Positions 1-15,756 are shown, counted from the first letter of the stretch. The stretch is 64,000 nucleotides of DNA from Microthyrium microscopicum (GCA_010405405.1 MU004235.1:2162506-2226505); one strand, 5' to 3'. The notes: a model not told the origin generated them from the sequence alone. Translations and numbers: made by a program.

Positions 1-1074
1 GTACCAATAATTACCTTGTACAACTCTTCGAATGATTCCAGCTTATAATCTTCCAGAGGACCATTGTAAAGCGTTTGGAAGAAACCTACCCGCAATCATC
101 GTCTCAAAAGAACGTTCCATACACTTTAGCAATGGTTTGCTAAGAACTCCCTGCCGGGTTTTTCACAAGTCAGTCTGGTCTGAAGTTTTTTTTGGAGTAA
201 GGAACATAAATAGAAAGTGGCGCGAAGCTCCTGCTGCCAATGGGAACATCTCCGGCAGAACTCCAAGTCAGCAACATGTCAAGTATTGAATGAACATGGA
301 CGTGCAAGACACAACTTGAAGAACAGCCACTGGGTCGTTGTTCTTCAAGAATAAATCCATGTTATGCACTTTGGTGATACTGCTAGAACTGAAATTTTTT
401 CAACGCATTTCTCCTCCCTTGCAGCTTAGAGATACACAGTCAAAGGTACTCACGGAGTCAGTGGGTTTTGTTGTGTCGAAACAGGCCGACAACGGCGGGC
501 AAACTCCGATAGACGAGCTTGCACCTCAAAATACACCTTTAAGTGGCGGCTAATGTGGTCGGGCTTCACATTGGGGCTTGTTGGCAGATGACACGCCCGG
601 TGCCGACTTGCTTGCTTGTTTCAATCGCCTGTTTCAACTGCTGGTGTCAAAGTGCAAACTAGGAAACTGAAGTCAAAGCAGTCCATTCATATAGCACACA
701 GTTACTGAAGCATGTGCCAGGTTGTAAATACGGAGCAGGCCTTGGGAGATGGGTCATAGGGCGCTTGTGTTAAACCCCACTGACAATGTGCTTGAACAAG
801 GAGCTTTTCGGCATTTATTTAGACTAATACCTGTGTACAACAATTCCATGCCAGCGTCATCCTCTGCCTTTCCAGTGAAATGTTTTTGTTGTAGTATCGT
901 TTCAACGTCCCAACTGAATAGAAGAATTTGCAGTCGGACTTTGCTGCAAGGCGGTTGAGAAATGTTCAAAAGGGACAGCATGATGAGCTCAGCTGCCGGC
1001 TGCATATAAGAGGGCACTGTCCGGTCAGCCATTAGATTACATTCCTTCATCTTCAAATCTTGTCATTTGGCACC

Positions 1075-1886
1075 ATGCATCTTATACTCACAGGCGCGAC
1101 GGGTCTTTGTGGCTCTGGAGTATTAGACGCCATGCTGCGTCGTACTGATATCTCTCGGATAACGATACTGAGTCGTCGTCCTGTTGCAATGGCCACAGAT
1201 CGCAAAGATCCTAGAGTGAATGTTGTCTTGCACTCCAACTTCGAAGAATACGACAAGGAATTACTCCAACAGCTCAAAGGAGCAGCAGGATGTGTTTGGG
1301 CGCTTGGTATCAGTCAAACTCAAGTCAGCAAGGAGTACTTCACCCCGTTGGCCTCGCCTACAGTCTTGAACTGACTTTACAAAGGGACTATGTGAAGATA
1401 ACCAAGACCTTTACAATGGCGGCTGCAGAGGCATTCCAGGCTATCGAAACTGAAAATGGCAAACCTTTCAACTTCGTTTACGTCTCAGGGCTTGGAGCAA
1501 CATTGACTCCTGGTCGCTTCACTCCAATATTTGGCCGAGTCAAGGGAGAAACCGAGCTGGCCCTCGCAGAACTGCGAAAGAAGAATCCTAGTTTTCACGC
1601 GATGTCGATGAGGCCAGGAGGTATTGATAGCACTGGACACGATGCTATTAATCCCTATGTTCCCAAGCTACGTCTCTTTGAAGGCACGGTTATCACTTTA
1701 CTAGGCCCTGCATTGCGGGTGGCTTTGAAGAGCAGTTGGAGCCCAACGCCACTCCTTGGTCAGTTTCTCGTACAGATGGCTATGGGTGAGAGAGACGACA
1801 TCAAAGGTGCTGGTGTTGAGAAGGTTGGAGAACTGCCTATCATTGAGAACTCTGCATTTCGTCGTGTACTTGATGAATCCCAATAA
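1075..1886 (+). CDS. NAD(P)-binding Rossmann-fold protein (nucleoside-diphosphate-sugar epimerase/TIP30-like atypical SDR)
   Basis: ATG 1075 gives MHLILTGATGLCGSG (GxxGxxG). Intron 1335-1384 (GTACTT..CTGAC..AAG) joins it to the 1290..1886 frame, which carries FVYVSG and FGRVKGETE. Confidence 0.85.
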
Positions 1887-2568
1887 ATCTTCCTGATGCC
1901 AACAAGAAGCTAGTAGTATTTGATGTCTCCAGGCTGAAGTGATCAAGCATGCATGCTGTCCGGCCCATGAATTGTTGTTTCATGTCTTTTCACGCTTTTT
2001 CTTGATACTAACCCCATCGAACACTCGAGGTACAATGAGAACCTGGAAGTTAGTCTTGAACTACTAGTATTATGCCTTCACTTATTTGTTTTCAAGCATC
2101 ATAAGCCATAGGGCAGGAAGAGGCTGTGGACTGCGTTGATGCATGGTTTTCGAAACCACAGACTTCCTTGAAAACTCCCCAAGAAATCCTCAATCATAGC
2201 AAGAACAAGATATATCTTCGAAATTGATATCATCAATTTGGCGCTTCAAACAACCACGATGGGACCATTAAAAGTGCAACGGGCGATGCTATCTTAGCGA
2301 TAGTCCCTGTGAATTCTAATCAACTTTTTGGCATCAAATAGTTTTACTGGAGTCTTGTTCTCTGTCTGATCGTTGGCTACGGACTAGGGGCAGTCGATCG
2401 ACGAACCAAAGGCGCGCTGTGTGGCTACGGTTTGTTATCCTCCTAAACTAAGCTCGTCTTAACCCCCTAACTGCTTAGAATCATTAATGCTGCACGGAAT
2501 GTGCTGGGAATGGAGGCAGTTGTTGCTTGGAGAGTGCTATGGGAGACACCGTAGTCGATCGAAGCGCA

Positions 2569-2760
2569 CCCATCGAGTGCGATGTTTCCCACCAAGTGCG
2601 ATGTTTCCCACCAAGTGCGATATTTCCCACCGAGTGCGATATTTTCCACCGAGTGCGATATTTCCCACCGAGTGCGATATTTCCCACCGAGTGCGATGTT
2701 TGCCATCTACTGCGTTGTTTCCCATCTACTGCGATATTTCCCATCTAGTGCGATGTTCCA
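2569..2760. repeat. 19-bp tandem repeat, 9 full units plus partial copies at both ends, consensus GTGCGATRTTTCCCACCRA
   Basis: Units read directly starting at 2577, 2596, 2615, 2634, 2653, 2672, 2691, 2710, 2729 and 2748 (partial). Confidence 0.95.
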
Positions 2761-4241
2761 TTGCACCCATTTTCCGGAGTCTAAGATGGACAGATTGAGA
2801 TAAAATGAAGCCCGGGCGATGTCTTTTTGTAACCTGCCGGTTTTGCAAGCTCAGCCACAGTCATGAAAACACTACTGGCTTTGACCACAATCAATAACCA
2901 AGATTTGCCTGTTGACGCTCTGCTCATTCTCTCATATGACCTTTCTGTACACAATCAGAGATTCCCAGCGAGTTACAACCGACTAAGTCTCCCTATATTT
3001 TGTTCAGTTGACTATCTGGCGTGCTGCAAACAAAGGTCACCACGTTTAATCAAGAACTACATTATCATCCAAGATCCCACGGTTATGGGCTCGAAACCTA
3101 CCTATTTACTTTCGCTCTTTACTTGTGAATTCAATGATAAACCTGAGACTATGTGTAGTTTATGCCTTGTCTTGGTGGCCCGGCAGATTTTTAGGCAGTT
3201 TGTGTGTTAAACATCGCTTTGAAAAGAGCAATACAATTCAAATTCTACGTTTTGACGGCATGGCCTGGTGGCCGTAATTTCAACAATGATATGGCTTTTG
3301 ATCGTATATCACGGACGTGATAATGAAATTCGCAGAATAGTAGAGCATTCTAGCTAAACTGATTCGCTTCTATGTTATCCAAGAGGTGACAACAATGCTA
3401 TTTTTGTCTTATAGTCACACCGGTTTGCTAAAAGCGCTGCTCTGTGAACCTCCCTCTCGGTTTGCTCTGGGAGCTCTAACGTAATAATCGTTGTAATCAT
3501 CACTAAACAGCATATTGACACGACGAGTACAACTACAGCGAGGAGACTTATAATAGTCTTGTAAGCACTCAGCTTAAGAGTGCTCAATAGGAGAAATACA
3601 AGACGCTTAGATGTTGTATAGCTAGAGGTGCCATTGACGGGCGCTGCTATTAAAGTGATGCACTAGATGCTCTATTAGCTGCGAGGCGTCGGTGTTGGTG
3701 TTTTCTAACAGTCTATCAATCTGCTATAGCTGTTTGACCTAATTGCGGAGGCCTATGGTTAGTTGTCGTTGGAAGGTGCAGCCGGACTGTTCAATACGTA
3801 CCAAAGTTCGTCAAAATCAAGGACAGTGCATCTCCTGGATGCAAATCATCATAAAGTCTTTACAACTTGCGGTGTCACACTGCTTTGTACAAAGTGGTTA
3901 TGCGACACACTCCCCCTCGCGATGATACCAAGTCTCCTACTAACTGAAGCACTGGTTATTGCAAGGATGATTGGATGTTGTCCGTAAAAACTACTGTAGG
4001 GAAGAGGTGTCGCGCCACCACTTTCTGCAAAGCAGTGTAGATCATCTGTTGCTTCAGATGTTGATCAAGCTAACAAGCTACTCTCACTTCACTCTTTTGC
4101 ATACATGTGGCTGATCGTAGGTTCTGCCCTTACTACTCTTGAATAATCCTTCTTCATCTAGATCAAATCGAATAATGACATTCGTTCGATACATGTAAAT
4201 CATGCTGCGGTACTTTCCATCATCATGTTATATCTATTGAC

Positions 4242-6050
4242 TCACCAAGCAATCTCCTCTACAGTGTGTAAAACATCTCCACTCTCCCTATCCCGTCTCG
4301 AATATGACCACACTGCTCTCCTCTGCCCCAGCTCAAATCTGATATTCACCTCTATAACTCGGGCCCAGTCTGGCAAATCTGCTGGATCTAATATCTCTCC
4401 AAACCCTTCCTCTTCCACTTCCATTATTCGCTTCCCAACCCGTGCGCTCAACTCTCCATCCCACACGCCCTCTTGTCGCGGTCGCGACGCTAAAATTGCG
4501 AGTGCTTCGCGTCGTAAGGACGAGATTCGACATTTCCATGCAGTATTGAACAGTGGCAAGACAATACCTGCATCAAGAGAGATGGTTTTGCGACCTACTG
4601 GAGTTGTAGTAGCAATTCGGGAGGCCGCGGCCACAATGTCGTAAAAGTCATTTGTGTGTCTATCCCACTTGGTCTCCGGACCAACCGTTGACGTGTCGAA
4701 GAGATGTGAGGCTGCTAGATGCTTGACACGCAGTAGATCTGCTAGAGCTTGTGATGCTGTGTCTGTAGGATCAAGGTCGGCAGCACATGCATCGAATGGC
4801 GCCTTCCAGAGATGGAGACGCCAGATTGCGGTGCGGGTGGCGAGGCTGAGCGGCAGTGATTCATCGATGCTGGGACTGGTGAAGCTGGCGGATTCGTCGC
4901 TGGCTTTATGGATGGCATCGTTGTAGAGGTAGTCGTAGCAATTGCGTGCTTCTAAGATGGAGGTAAACTTGGGGGGGATGATGGGTCCGAAGCCTGGTTC
5001 GTGGTGGTGCGTTGGTTGCAAAATGGGAAAGCGGCCGGCGGTGGATTGGAGTTCACAAACCTGGGAGTCGAGGCGGATGAAAGGTGCAGTGAGCGCATCA
5101 ATAGGGATGCTGGGGTTTGTAGAGAGAGTGACCATGCTGAGGGAGGATCCGATGGGTGTGCTTGCATCTTGGAGTTCGCCGATGATTTTGATACCGCTTT
5201 TGACATGAGTCAAGGCGGATTCATGATGGCCTCGCATAATCTATCAATCATTAGCTGGCTTTTTGGGCCTAGGAGAGCCTAATACGGACCTCGAAGCTTG
5301 TAAAAAGTATACATGCGGCAAGAAAAACATCCACATCTTGCCTGTTTCCACCACGGACTGGCTTCGTGAGCTCACTGAGAGCGGTAGTATACTGTTTCAA
5401 TGCAAAGCCACCCAGTTCACTGTCGATATTCGAGGCAAATACAGATAAATCATCAGCTTCAAATCGTTCATGTATAGAGCCAAGAGCAACGACAGCATGC
5501 CATAGTGTCGCATGATGCTGAGTAGACCGCGGAAGGAACGTGCTCCAGAATTCGGATGGAAAGGAGCCAGCCAATTGAGGTGTAGTTCGTGTTCGAAAGA
5601 ATTCATAGCTTCTAAGCTCCTGCGGACTACAAGATGCAAGTCCTCTTGTTGTTGGAGAGATGGATCGAGACACTGAACGACTGGCCACAACGGAATCTGG
5701 CGTCTCGTGTATCCATTCCTCTTGGGAGTACCATTCGCATTCTCTACCAGTTCTGCTGCATTTGTTGCAATTAGGCTTGGCCTCGTCACATTTCACTCGA
5801 CGTATCCTAGAGCCAGTGTCAGTATGAGTGCCTTGTGATCGCCCTCGTCTATTAGTCCAAAAGCTTTCTATATAGAGCTCGTCTAATGGCCAACTGGGAA
5901 TGCCCTATCAATCATGCAAACGCTTGCTCGAATGATATGCTATAAAGAGGCCAGGGGATATACAAACCTGCATGTCTTGCATCCCATTTTACTCCTAGGA
6001 CCAGTAGCTTTTCGACGACGACTTGACTCCATTATACTGAGGTTTGCCAT
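4242..6050 (-). CDS. Zn(II)2Cys6 fungal transcription factor with C-terminal fungal TF regulatory domain
   Basis: Exons 6050-5968, 5806-5290 and 5240-4242 reconstruct GCKTCR-IRRVKCDEAKPNCNKCSRTGREC, followed by HAVVALGSIH and RREALAIL...RQEGVWDG motifs. Confidence 0.9.
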
Positions 6051-6601
6051 CGTAGCGCAAATGATCGAGATAATCTTCTATAAGAATGATCATTTTCAAT
6101 AGGCAACAGCATTGACTTACACTGTTGATCTGGTACCTGTAGCAAACGATGCTGACCGCAGTAAAAATGCTCGTCTATTCAGCCTAATGAGGTTTAGCGT
6201 CAATCTTTTAATAGTACCACGAACCATTGCAGCAGTACAATGGCAGATTATCTGACAATAGTTAATATTCTACATACAAGAGGGCGTCAAGTCAGATACA
6301 CAACGTAGCCACGTCGAAAGAATGGCTTACTCAGGTACGCGGCTCTGAGCCACGCATCAGATCTTGCTTCAAACCTCAAAGTCCTCTCCCTTTCCAAGTG
6401 CCCATACCGGTAAAAAAGCAAAAGTACTTTCAAAGAACGCCGCGCTATGACTAAAAAAGGTTCAGAATACTGTATACTACAGAGAAAACGATAGAAATGT
6501 ATAAATGCTGGATGTTGTCGTTCTATGACGGCTTTGCAGTTTTCTGGTCATGATTCTCAACTTCACGAATAATCATACCCTAGAAACTTGTCAGAATTTA
6601 T

Positions 6602-8679
<2,078 letters not shown>

Positions 8680-9939
8680 GTTGATGGTGGCGGATATTAG
8701 GGGTGTATGAAGAGATGAAGCGCAGCCGGCGGCTATGAGGAGTGAATGAGGCTATTAGTACAAGTTGAAGACATGGAAAAGAAATAGCAAACAAAAGTAG
8801 TTGACAAACAATGAGAAGTGAAATCGACGAGAGACTGAGAATAGTTGATGAAGTGGTGGTTGATGTCGAGAGTTTGACACATTTCGCAAGCCACGATATT
8901 CAATGTCGTTACCAGTGGACCCCTGCAGCAATCGCTAAACAATCTAGCAGGGACATCCCTGCACGCGATTTGACTTACTCCCTCGATCTTGATCATCGTT
9001 TACAGCCTTGATTTCAATTGATACTCTACCACCTAGAATCCGATCTTCCATCAGTCACAACATGATACGAGCAGACAGTTCAAACTATCAACCTGAACCT
9101 GATCCGCCAATGCCCGTGATAGATGAAGCATTCAAGCGACCGAATAAAGCTCTCAGACACATATGACTGTTCAGATCTCGCTGCTTATTTTGAAATGAAA
9201 TCTGCTGGGAGAAATTGCTTTTATCTACTAGATACGCAGGGCAAATCCACTGGTCTTCTCATATTTGCATGAATAAATTCCATGTTGGTGTCTCATAACG
9301 ACGGAAGATGTATGGCTCACGAACTGTAGCCATCGGCCCTCCGCCCCGCTTTTTAAGCGGGATCCCATTTGGTTTGGACGAGAAACATCGAGGGAAACGT
9401 TGTGACAATATGAACACAATGACTGATACGCTCCCAACTAAAACCCGACCAATTCGCAATTACATGTGTCCTACCTGCTTAATGGCTGTGATGATGGCAG
9501 TAACTGGCGCCCAGAAGATACTAAGTACTGAAGTGGCCGCAATTTCAGGCAACAAGTGGCTTTAGGCTTTTTAGAGCATCAACGAGGACAGCTTTCAGTT
9601 CTTCTCTGGTCAAAATGACTAGACCGAAGGTTAGTCCAAGATTTAGAAGGATTGATTAGAGATGTGTAAGTTCCAACTATGATCTTTAGCTAGGCAAACA
9701 GCGATATGGATATTTCAAGGAGCGGTATCCAGGAGCTCTGGATGGATTTGTAGCAGCCATACGTCAAAATTACGACGCCAAAAGCGACAGCTCGCTTGCG
9801 GCATGGATTTCTCCAACTTCATCTTATTCTGGTCCGAGTAGTAGACCTAGAAAATAAGCACAACGTCCTCAAAGATGAAGCCCACCTCTCCTTACAATCT
9901 TCTGGAAGATATACCAACTCGAATAGTGCATCGTAGACA

Positions 9940-10672
9940 ATGACATCCCAGATGTTCCTACATTTGTGTGTTCAGCCGGCCCCTATTCGCAAGCGCTTCG
10001 AGAAGTAAATTTCGAGACGAATCAAACAGATGGCGAAATATTTGACAAGATAAGGCAACAATACAAAGCTCTCAAACAAGAGCAAGGAGTCATCTCTATG
10101 TTTTCCAAGCCCTGTAATGCTATCTGCATCAAAGTAAGTTACCATTGTAGAGTGTCTCTGACAATATCTTCCCGGCGCGCTGGCTACCCTCTGACACACG
10201 TCCACAATATAGACTCGGCAAGAGACCACTTATCTCCAGAATCGCCGGCTCTCTCGAAGCTCCATCAATGTTACCTACTAATGAAGTCGGAGCTGGCACC
10301 TACGACTACGCTCACTGCCCAATCGATGACGAGCACGCCATGACGAGCGAAGAGTTTCTCGACCACTTCTACTCGTCAACGTCCGCACATTCCTCGCCAT
10401 TCTGGGGAAGCAGGCTCCCAAAGGTGTTTGATGAGCGACTGCGCGAGGCAACAGATCAAGCAGCTTCACTACCTCAGGGATGGGGAGTACAAGAGCGCCC
10501 ACATTGGGCATTGTTCTTGCTGCTGATGCTTGTTATTCTACCTGTAAACGCTATAGTTGCTGGAGTAGATGCGGGCATCACGGGTGACAAGACGACTGGT
10601 ATTACAATTGGAAGTTGGTTGACTGCATTTCATGCTATGTGTTTGGCTCTTGTGTTTGGCTCGTGGAGATAA
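9940..10672 (+). pseudogene. Probable disrupted gene for a fungal protein with two C-terminal TM helices (W..RLPK / GWG motif region)
   Basis: Protein-like segments MFLHLCV, SAGPYSQALREVN..TDGEIFDKIRQQY and FWGSRLPK..GWGVQERPHW+TM do not lie in one frame. There is an apparent frameshift near 9972, and the intron from 10134 (GTAAGT) does not restore frame at the obvious AG (10212). Confidence 0.45.
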
Positions 10673-11695
10673 TGGAGGGTGCTTGTATAGCGGATAATTC
10701 TGTGCTGTTTTTTTTGGCCAATCTAGCTTGCTTTATCATGACGACATACAATTTTCAGTCACCATTGTAAATGAATCGTAACAAAGCGGCCGCAAAGTTA
10801 GTACTGCAATATATGGTTCTTGATACATGCAGGTACTGAAGTAGCTTTGTTCAATGTCCGAATCAATTCTGATCATGTTGACAACGTGAAAGCACATGCG
10901 ATGCGCCGAGGCTAACGAGATCAAAGCTACATAACACGAGACAACATGCTATCAGGCTGCAGTGACTAAAAACATGTGTAGGCAAGAGTGGTATACCAAA
11001 AAAGCGTTCCGTTGAGAATCAAGTCCCGTTGGGGAGGACAGAAAGAAGATTAATCCTTGTTGGGATCTGATCAAATACAGTTAGTCCGGCGGCTAGCTAT
11101 GTTAGCGCCGCCCACCTTGCTATTTTGGACCTGTCAGTGCCCTTTAGCGCCAGGATATCGAGTCCACCGGAGGCCCCCCACAATTGTATATCGTAGCCCT
11201 AACTATTTTAATTTCTGGCTGAAGTTGTGGTACAGAATGGACCCCTCTCCAAACTATTCATTCTTTTTTCTGCACTATGTTCAACTATCTAGGCCCATAA
11301 GAGGTAAAGTGACTCAATTGTGAGCTCATAACTCCAGCTATGACCCTCCTAGAGGTCTTAGCAGGTTCTGCTTGGTTCATGCTCTCCAAATTGGCATAGT
11401 GGGTCTTTTTAAAGTAGGGGCTATTGAGTCGGGGGAGGCAGAACAAGAAGGAGCGCTCGATCGTCCCTGCCATTTTGACACTTGGTGGCAGTTGCACTTG
11501 CCATTTGGTAGTACTTTGGTCCCAACTCGGGCTAGTGTCCCAGCTGTCTTGTCCCATCTTCAGCAAAGGTTCAACTCTACCCAGCGCTGTGCCACTACAA
11601 GTATCAGTCCCCCCAGCTTGCAACCCTTCCAGCAACAACGTATTCTTCTACATCAAATCAATTTTCGTACTATCCAAAATCTGACTCTGAGCATT

Positions 11696-12799
11696 ATGGC
11701 TTCAGGTTACCAGTTTCCACATCCACACCAAGCCCAGTATGATCAGCAGCAGTTAACCTACGCCAATTCCAACAGCATGGCTGTCCAGCCCCCTCAATCA
11801 GCCCATCAACAAATGCATCATCAGAGCAATCAGCAACATCATTACTCCATTGCTCCTATGTCTCATGTCTTTGAAGGAAGAAGATACGAGCTCTTTGTTG
11901 GGCAAGAGCCTGTCCGTGCCCGTATGTGCGGCTTTGGCGATAAAGACAGGAGACCAATAACTCCTCCACCATGTGTTCGACTCCGCGTTACCGATGCTGA
12001 AACCGGCGTGGAAATACCGCCAGAGAATATCGACACAACCTTCTTCGTCTTGACTGTGGACCTATGGAGCCAGGATGCATCCCATGAGGCTAATCTTGTT
12101 CGCCATAGCAGCAGCTCACCTGCTATGAGCATCAGTGCCAGCACCACAACATCATTCCCTCCTCAACCAGAACGGATCATGACATTTCTTGCCCAGCCTA
12201 CTACCTATGCCATCGCAGCTCCTCACCTTGCTGGCGGTCACTATGCCCAAGTCGCCGGCGCAGTAGGTGGCCAAGTAGGCTCAGTCATGCCTATCAATTC
12301 TCAAGGCCAACCATTGATGCTCGTCGCCAGCTCATATGGATCACCCGCTGCATACGCCGCCAATGGATATGCCGCTCCACAACAACTGGTGCAAATGCCC
12401 ATGGCTGCCAGCCACGGACAACACACTCGCAACCTAATTGGAAGTCTCGCTGTTAGTGCCGCCAAACTCAAGGACGAGAGAGGCGAAATGGGCATCTGGT
12501 TTGTGCTACAGGATCTCTCTGTACGCCAGGAGGGTAAATTTCGCCTGCGTTTCGCCTTTGTTAGTGTAGCAAACTGCGACAAAAATGCTCCCACTGCAGG
12601 CGCTGCACCAATCCTCGCCACGTGCTTTAGTGATACTTTCACTGTCTACTCGGCCAAGAAGTTTCCTGGCGTAATAGAGTCCACCGCTCTAAGCAAAGCC
12701 TTTGCGCAGCAGGGTGTCAAAATCCCCATCCGCAAAGACGTCAAAGTTTCTCACCAAGAGGAATTTGATCGAGATGATGAAAATGATAGACTCTCTTAG
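11696..12799 (+). CDS. velB: Velvet-family regulator of VelB type (split velvet domain)
   Basis: QEPVRARMCGFGDKDRRPITPPP, a low-complexity insert, TRNLIGSL, GIWFVLQDLSVRQEGKFRL, VYSAKKFPGVIESTALS and GVKIPIRKD in one uninterrupted frame. First ATG at 11696. Confidence 0.9.
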   Translation: MASGYQFPHPHQAQYDQQQLTYANSNSMAVQPPQSAHQQMHHQSNQQHHYSIAPMSHVFEGRRYELFVGQEPVRARMCGFGDKDRRPITPPPCVRLRVTDAETGVEIPPENIDTTFFVLTVDLWSQDASHEANLVRHSSSSPAMSISASTTTSFPPQPERIMTFLAQPTTYAIAAPHLAGGHYAQVAGAVGGQVGSVMPINSQGQPLMLVASSYGSPAAYAANGYAAPQQLVQMPMAASHGQHTRNLIGSLAVSAAKLKDERGEMGIWFVLQDLSVRQEGKFRLRFAFVSVANCDKNAPTAGAAPILATCFSDTFTVYSAKKFPGVIESTALSKAFAQQGVKIPIRKDVKVSHQEEFDRDDENDRLS

Positions 12800-15748
12800 A
12801 TTCATCCAACGTTCAACGTTCGACTCCCATGATTTATTGCAGAATTTCCCTTCTTTTTGTTTCCCTATCTGCATGGGTTGATACGCAGGCAATGGAAGTT
12901 AAGGATATGGATGACCTTCACGATTGGGTGGAGTAAAAGGTATTTGGGTTCATGGAAAGGTTATGCATCGCATGGGATCGCTTTGGGGATTGGCATCATT
13001 CTTACAGATATGCTGATAAAAATCCAATGATTTTCGTATTAATAATTGGCGACTTCCGCGCAACATAGACATGTCTGCTATAGATGATCTCTCAAGGTTC
13101 AGCTTTTTATGTTGTCATATTTTTCCAACTCACTATTCACTACACCGCTCTTCACTTCTTGTCCTATGACGAAGTCGGTTTCAGCTTGGAGGGGTACATT
13201 TCAGATGAAATTTACTTCATTCGAGGGTAGAATGCTATCGTATCCTCTTATGTGGAGTTGCAATCTCCATTGAAGTCCAGAATGCCCAGCAACATGACAT
13301 CGTAACTTGTCACATCGCTCTTGTCCTATGATGCCGTCGCTCTCTACTTTGTGGGAAAGGGGCTGTGACTGAGGATAACATGCTCCATTCAAACACAAGC
13401 CCATCGTCACCTGGCCTATGAAGTTCCATGCTTGTTGGAGTCCAGGCCGTCAAACGATATCACAGCGCAACTTACGCCCCCGCTCTTTGCTCTTGTCGTA
13501 TGATGCTGTCGGCGACTACTGGGGAACATCGGGAAGAGAGTTATGGAACCCCCATAACAAGTTGATATTCTCTCCTGGCATGTGATTGCTACCTGTATCT
13601 CCACGGAAGTTCAAGTTACGCAACGAAATAAAGATCCCAACTAGTCACTTTCCTTCGACGTTTTCGAGGTCTACTAAGGCATTGAAATCGAGCCAACAGC
13701 CAGTTCAATCGAGGACAAGTAAACACCTGCCCCTGGCTAGTGGAGCCTCATTGTCCAGACTCTCAGCTGCAAGTCTTGGGTCAGATCTCGATATCAATCC
13801 ACAATCCAGAGTATTGGCAACCATAACTCTTCCGTTCAGCTAACTCCCTCAGTCCCAAGCATCCACCTTTGGATATCTAGCGCAAGCTTTACCACCATCA
13901 GCTGCCTTGGCAGACCCCTCTTGATTCGACTCTATCGTCTTCGGCCAGATAACTCCACGGAAGGCCTTCCGCTGTACCGAAAGTGACATAGAAATACCCT
14001 TTGAGGACTGTTTCAGCTGCCTGGCTGACAATGGCCATTGTACCAATCCGCTATGTCACAGTTCTAACATTTGTTTCACGAGGATATTGATTCAGTGACA
14101 TTGACGTCAGCTCAGTGGCCATGGGGGCAAGTTCCTGCAGTGTGAGCGAGCTCAGAACGGATCCTTCTGAAAAATCCATCAGCTGCCAGGCTCAGCAATT
14201 GTATCGGCTTCCCTGGACTTAGGCTTCTTTTGATTAGCCAAAGCACCCATTTCCTGATATATCTTTAGTTATAAAGTCAATGTTTATGCGCGCTAAGTGC
14301 TCGTAAGGCTGAGGCTCTGCTCATTCTGGACGACCATCAAGGACCATCAACACGGTAACGATTTGATGGGAGGAATTCCAAAGTTTTTGGTAGCCGGATC
14401 ATGCGTTAAGTCTCGTTTCCGGCTCTCACTTGGGAATTTATTGCTACAATGAGGGTTTTGCTTGGAAATCTTCCGATTCTTCCACCACTGGTACCACTCC
14501 ACGCTGTTGTAGGCACTATACAGGTACCGAACCTAGAAAGTTTATAATGGAAAACCGAAGCTCAGGGTTTAGCGACCCATATTTAGAACTGGAATCAGAT
14601 ATGTAAACAATGATCTAGGAGTAACGATGTAACAGATTTCACCTAACAACTTGGAACATGGGATATTCTCTGCTGCAGTTTTTCCGGGAATTGTTCCGTC
14701 ACTATCAGGTGAACCTTGCCAACGCTCTTTCATCAGCTTCCTAGAAGAAATCACGCCAAGCACATTGTCTATCACAAGGACTAGACCACAATGACGTTCA
14801 AAGCAAGCATTCAAGGTTACACGGGTGGGCCGTAGATGAACAATCGATATTTGGTAGATTGTAGCCATGTGCCATAGCTCTCCCTACGCAAATTGCGGAG
14901 AAACAAGCTCAAAGTGACAGAACTATTTTAAGTTCTCACGCTTGTTGTGAGTCTCTTACAACTACTCATCATACTGAAGGCTTAATTTCATGCTGGACTA
15001 TTCGCTTTGAGTCCAAGATAAGCTATCAGACTGCCTGATTGACTTCATATTGCCCAGACACTTAGCGATCGAGCCAAATGAGACCAAGAGAAGCTTGCTT
15101 TGGCCCCATACTCTACAATATTTGGCGTACAGTGGTAATCTGATCTTGAAGGTATCGTATAACCAGGTCCAGGCAAAGTTTTATCGACATATTAACAACA
15201 AGCTATTAATAAATTCGGTCTTCGGATGTCAACTGTTTGCTTGGCACATTTATATTGGAAGTTCCGAAAACCGAGAAAATTGAGCAAATAAGGTTTGCTA
15301 TCCGCGGGTAGATATGATGTAGATATGAGAATTAGATGATATAACCCACATAATGTGTGCCAAGGGCATGGTGTTTTACCAACATTTTATATGTACCTGG
15401 GCATTATACGAGTTTTACCGTGTAGATCTTAGGTTTCGAGCCATACTTTTATATTTCCCAAAATAATCGCATTCGGTCTAGACGCTGCCCAGACATCCGA
15501 TTAGATTGACCAAGACTTCTTGAGCTCTACACTGTCAGGCTTAAATGAATTCTTGTCATTTCTTGACCAGTTTAAGCTTGTCAACTACTCTTGGTCTTTG
15601 ATGCGATGTTCACTCACACAAGGGGCCGAAATTTACGGCAATTAGCTGTGGTCACTTCAAGTCATTTTGTGGTCCGATTAGATTGGATGTTCTTTTTTTA
15701 AACATGTCAACCGAACTATCAGTCTATGTGTATGGCACTGTTTTTGTG

Positions 15749-15756
15749 TATATAAG
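15749..15756 (+). promoter_or_regulatory. TATA box of the small secreted protein gene
   Basis: TATATAAG about 120 bp upstream of ATG 15868, followed by a CA-rich leader and a CAAAATG start context. Confidence 0.55.

Noticed and set aside
2569..2760. CRISPR-like array, or repeat-protein ORFs (six overlapping ORFs in the track)
   Set aside because: Units abut with no unique spacers, the DNA is eukaryotic, and a 19-bp period cycles through reading frames, so the ORFs are artefacts.
2863..3987. Short ORFs of 60-115 aa between the 19-bp array and the Zn2Cys6 gene
   Set aside because: No recognisable motifs, coding-like codon bias or consistent splice signals.
11372..11695. N-terminal extension of the velB ORF; similar extensions on P450 (25127-25252), HEL2 and subtilisin (60020-60124)
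   Set aside because: Most start at non-ATG codons. For P450 and subtilisin the extension would bury the N-terminal anchor or signal peptide, so the downstream ATGs fit better.
13200..15300. Possible degraded gene or transposon in the long gap after velB
   Set aside because: Only short stop-interrupted frames; no recognisable domain, TIR or LTR.
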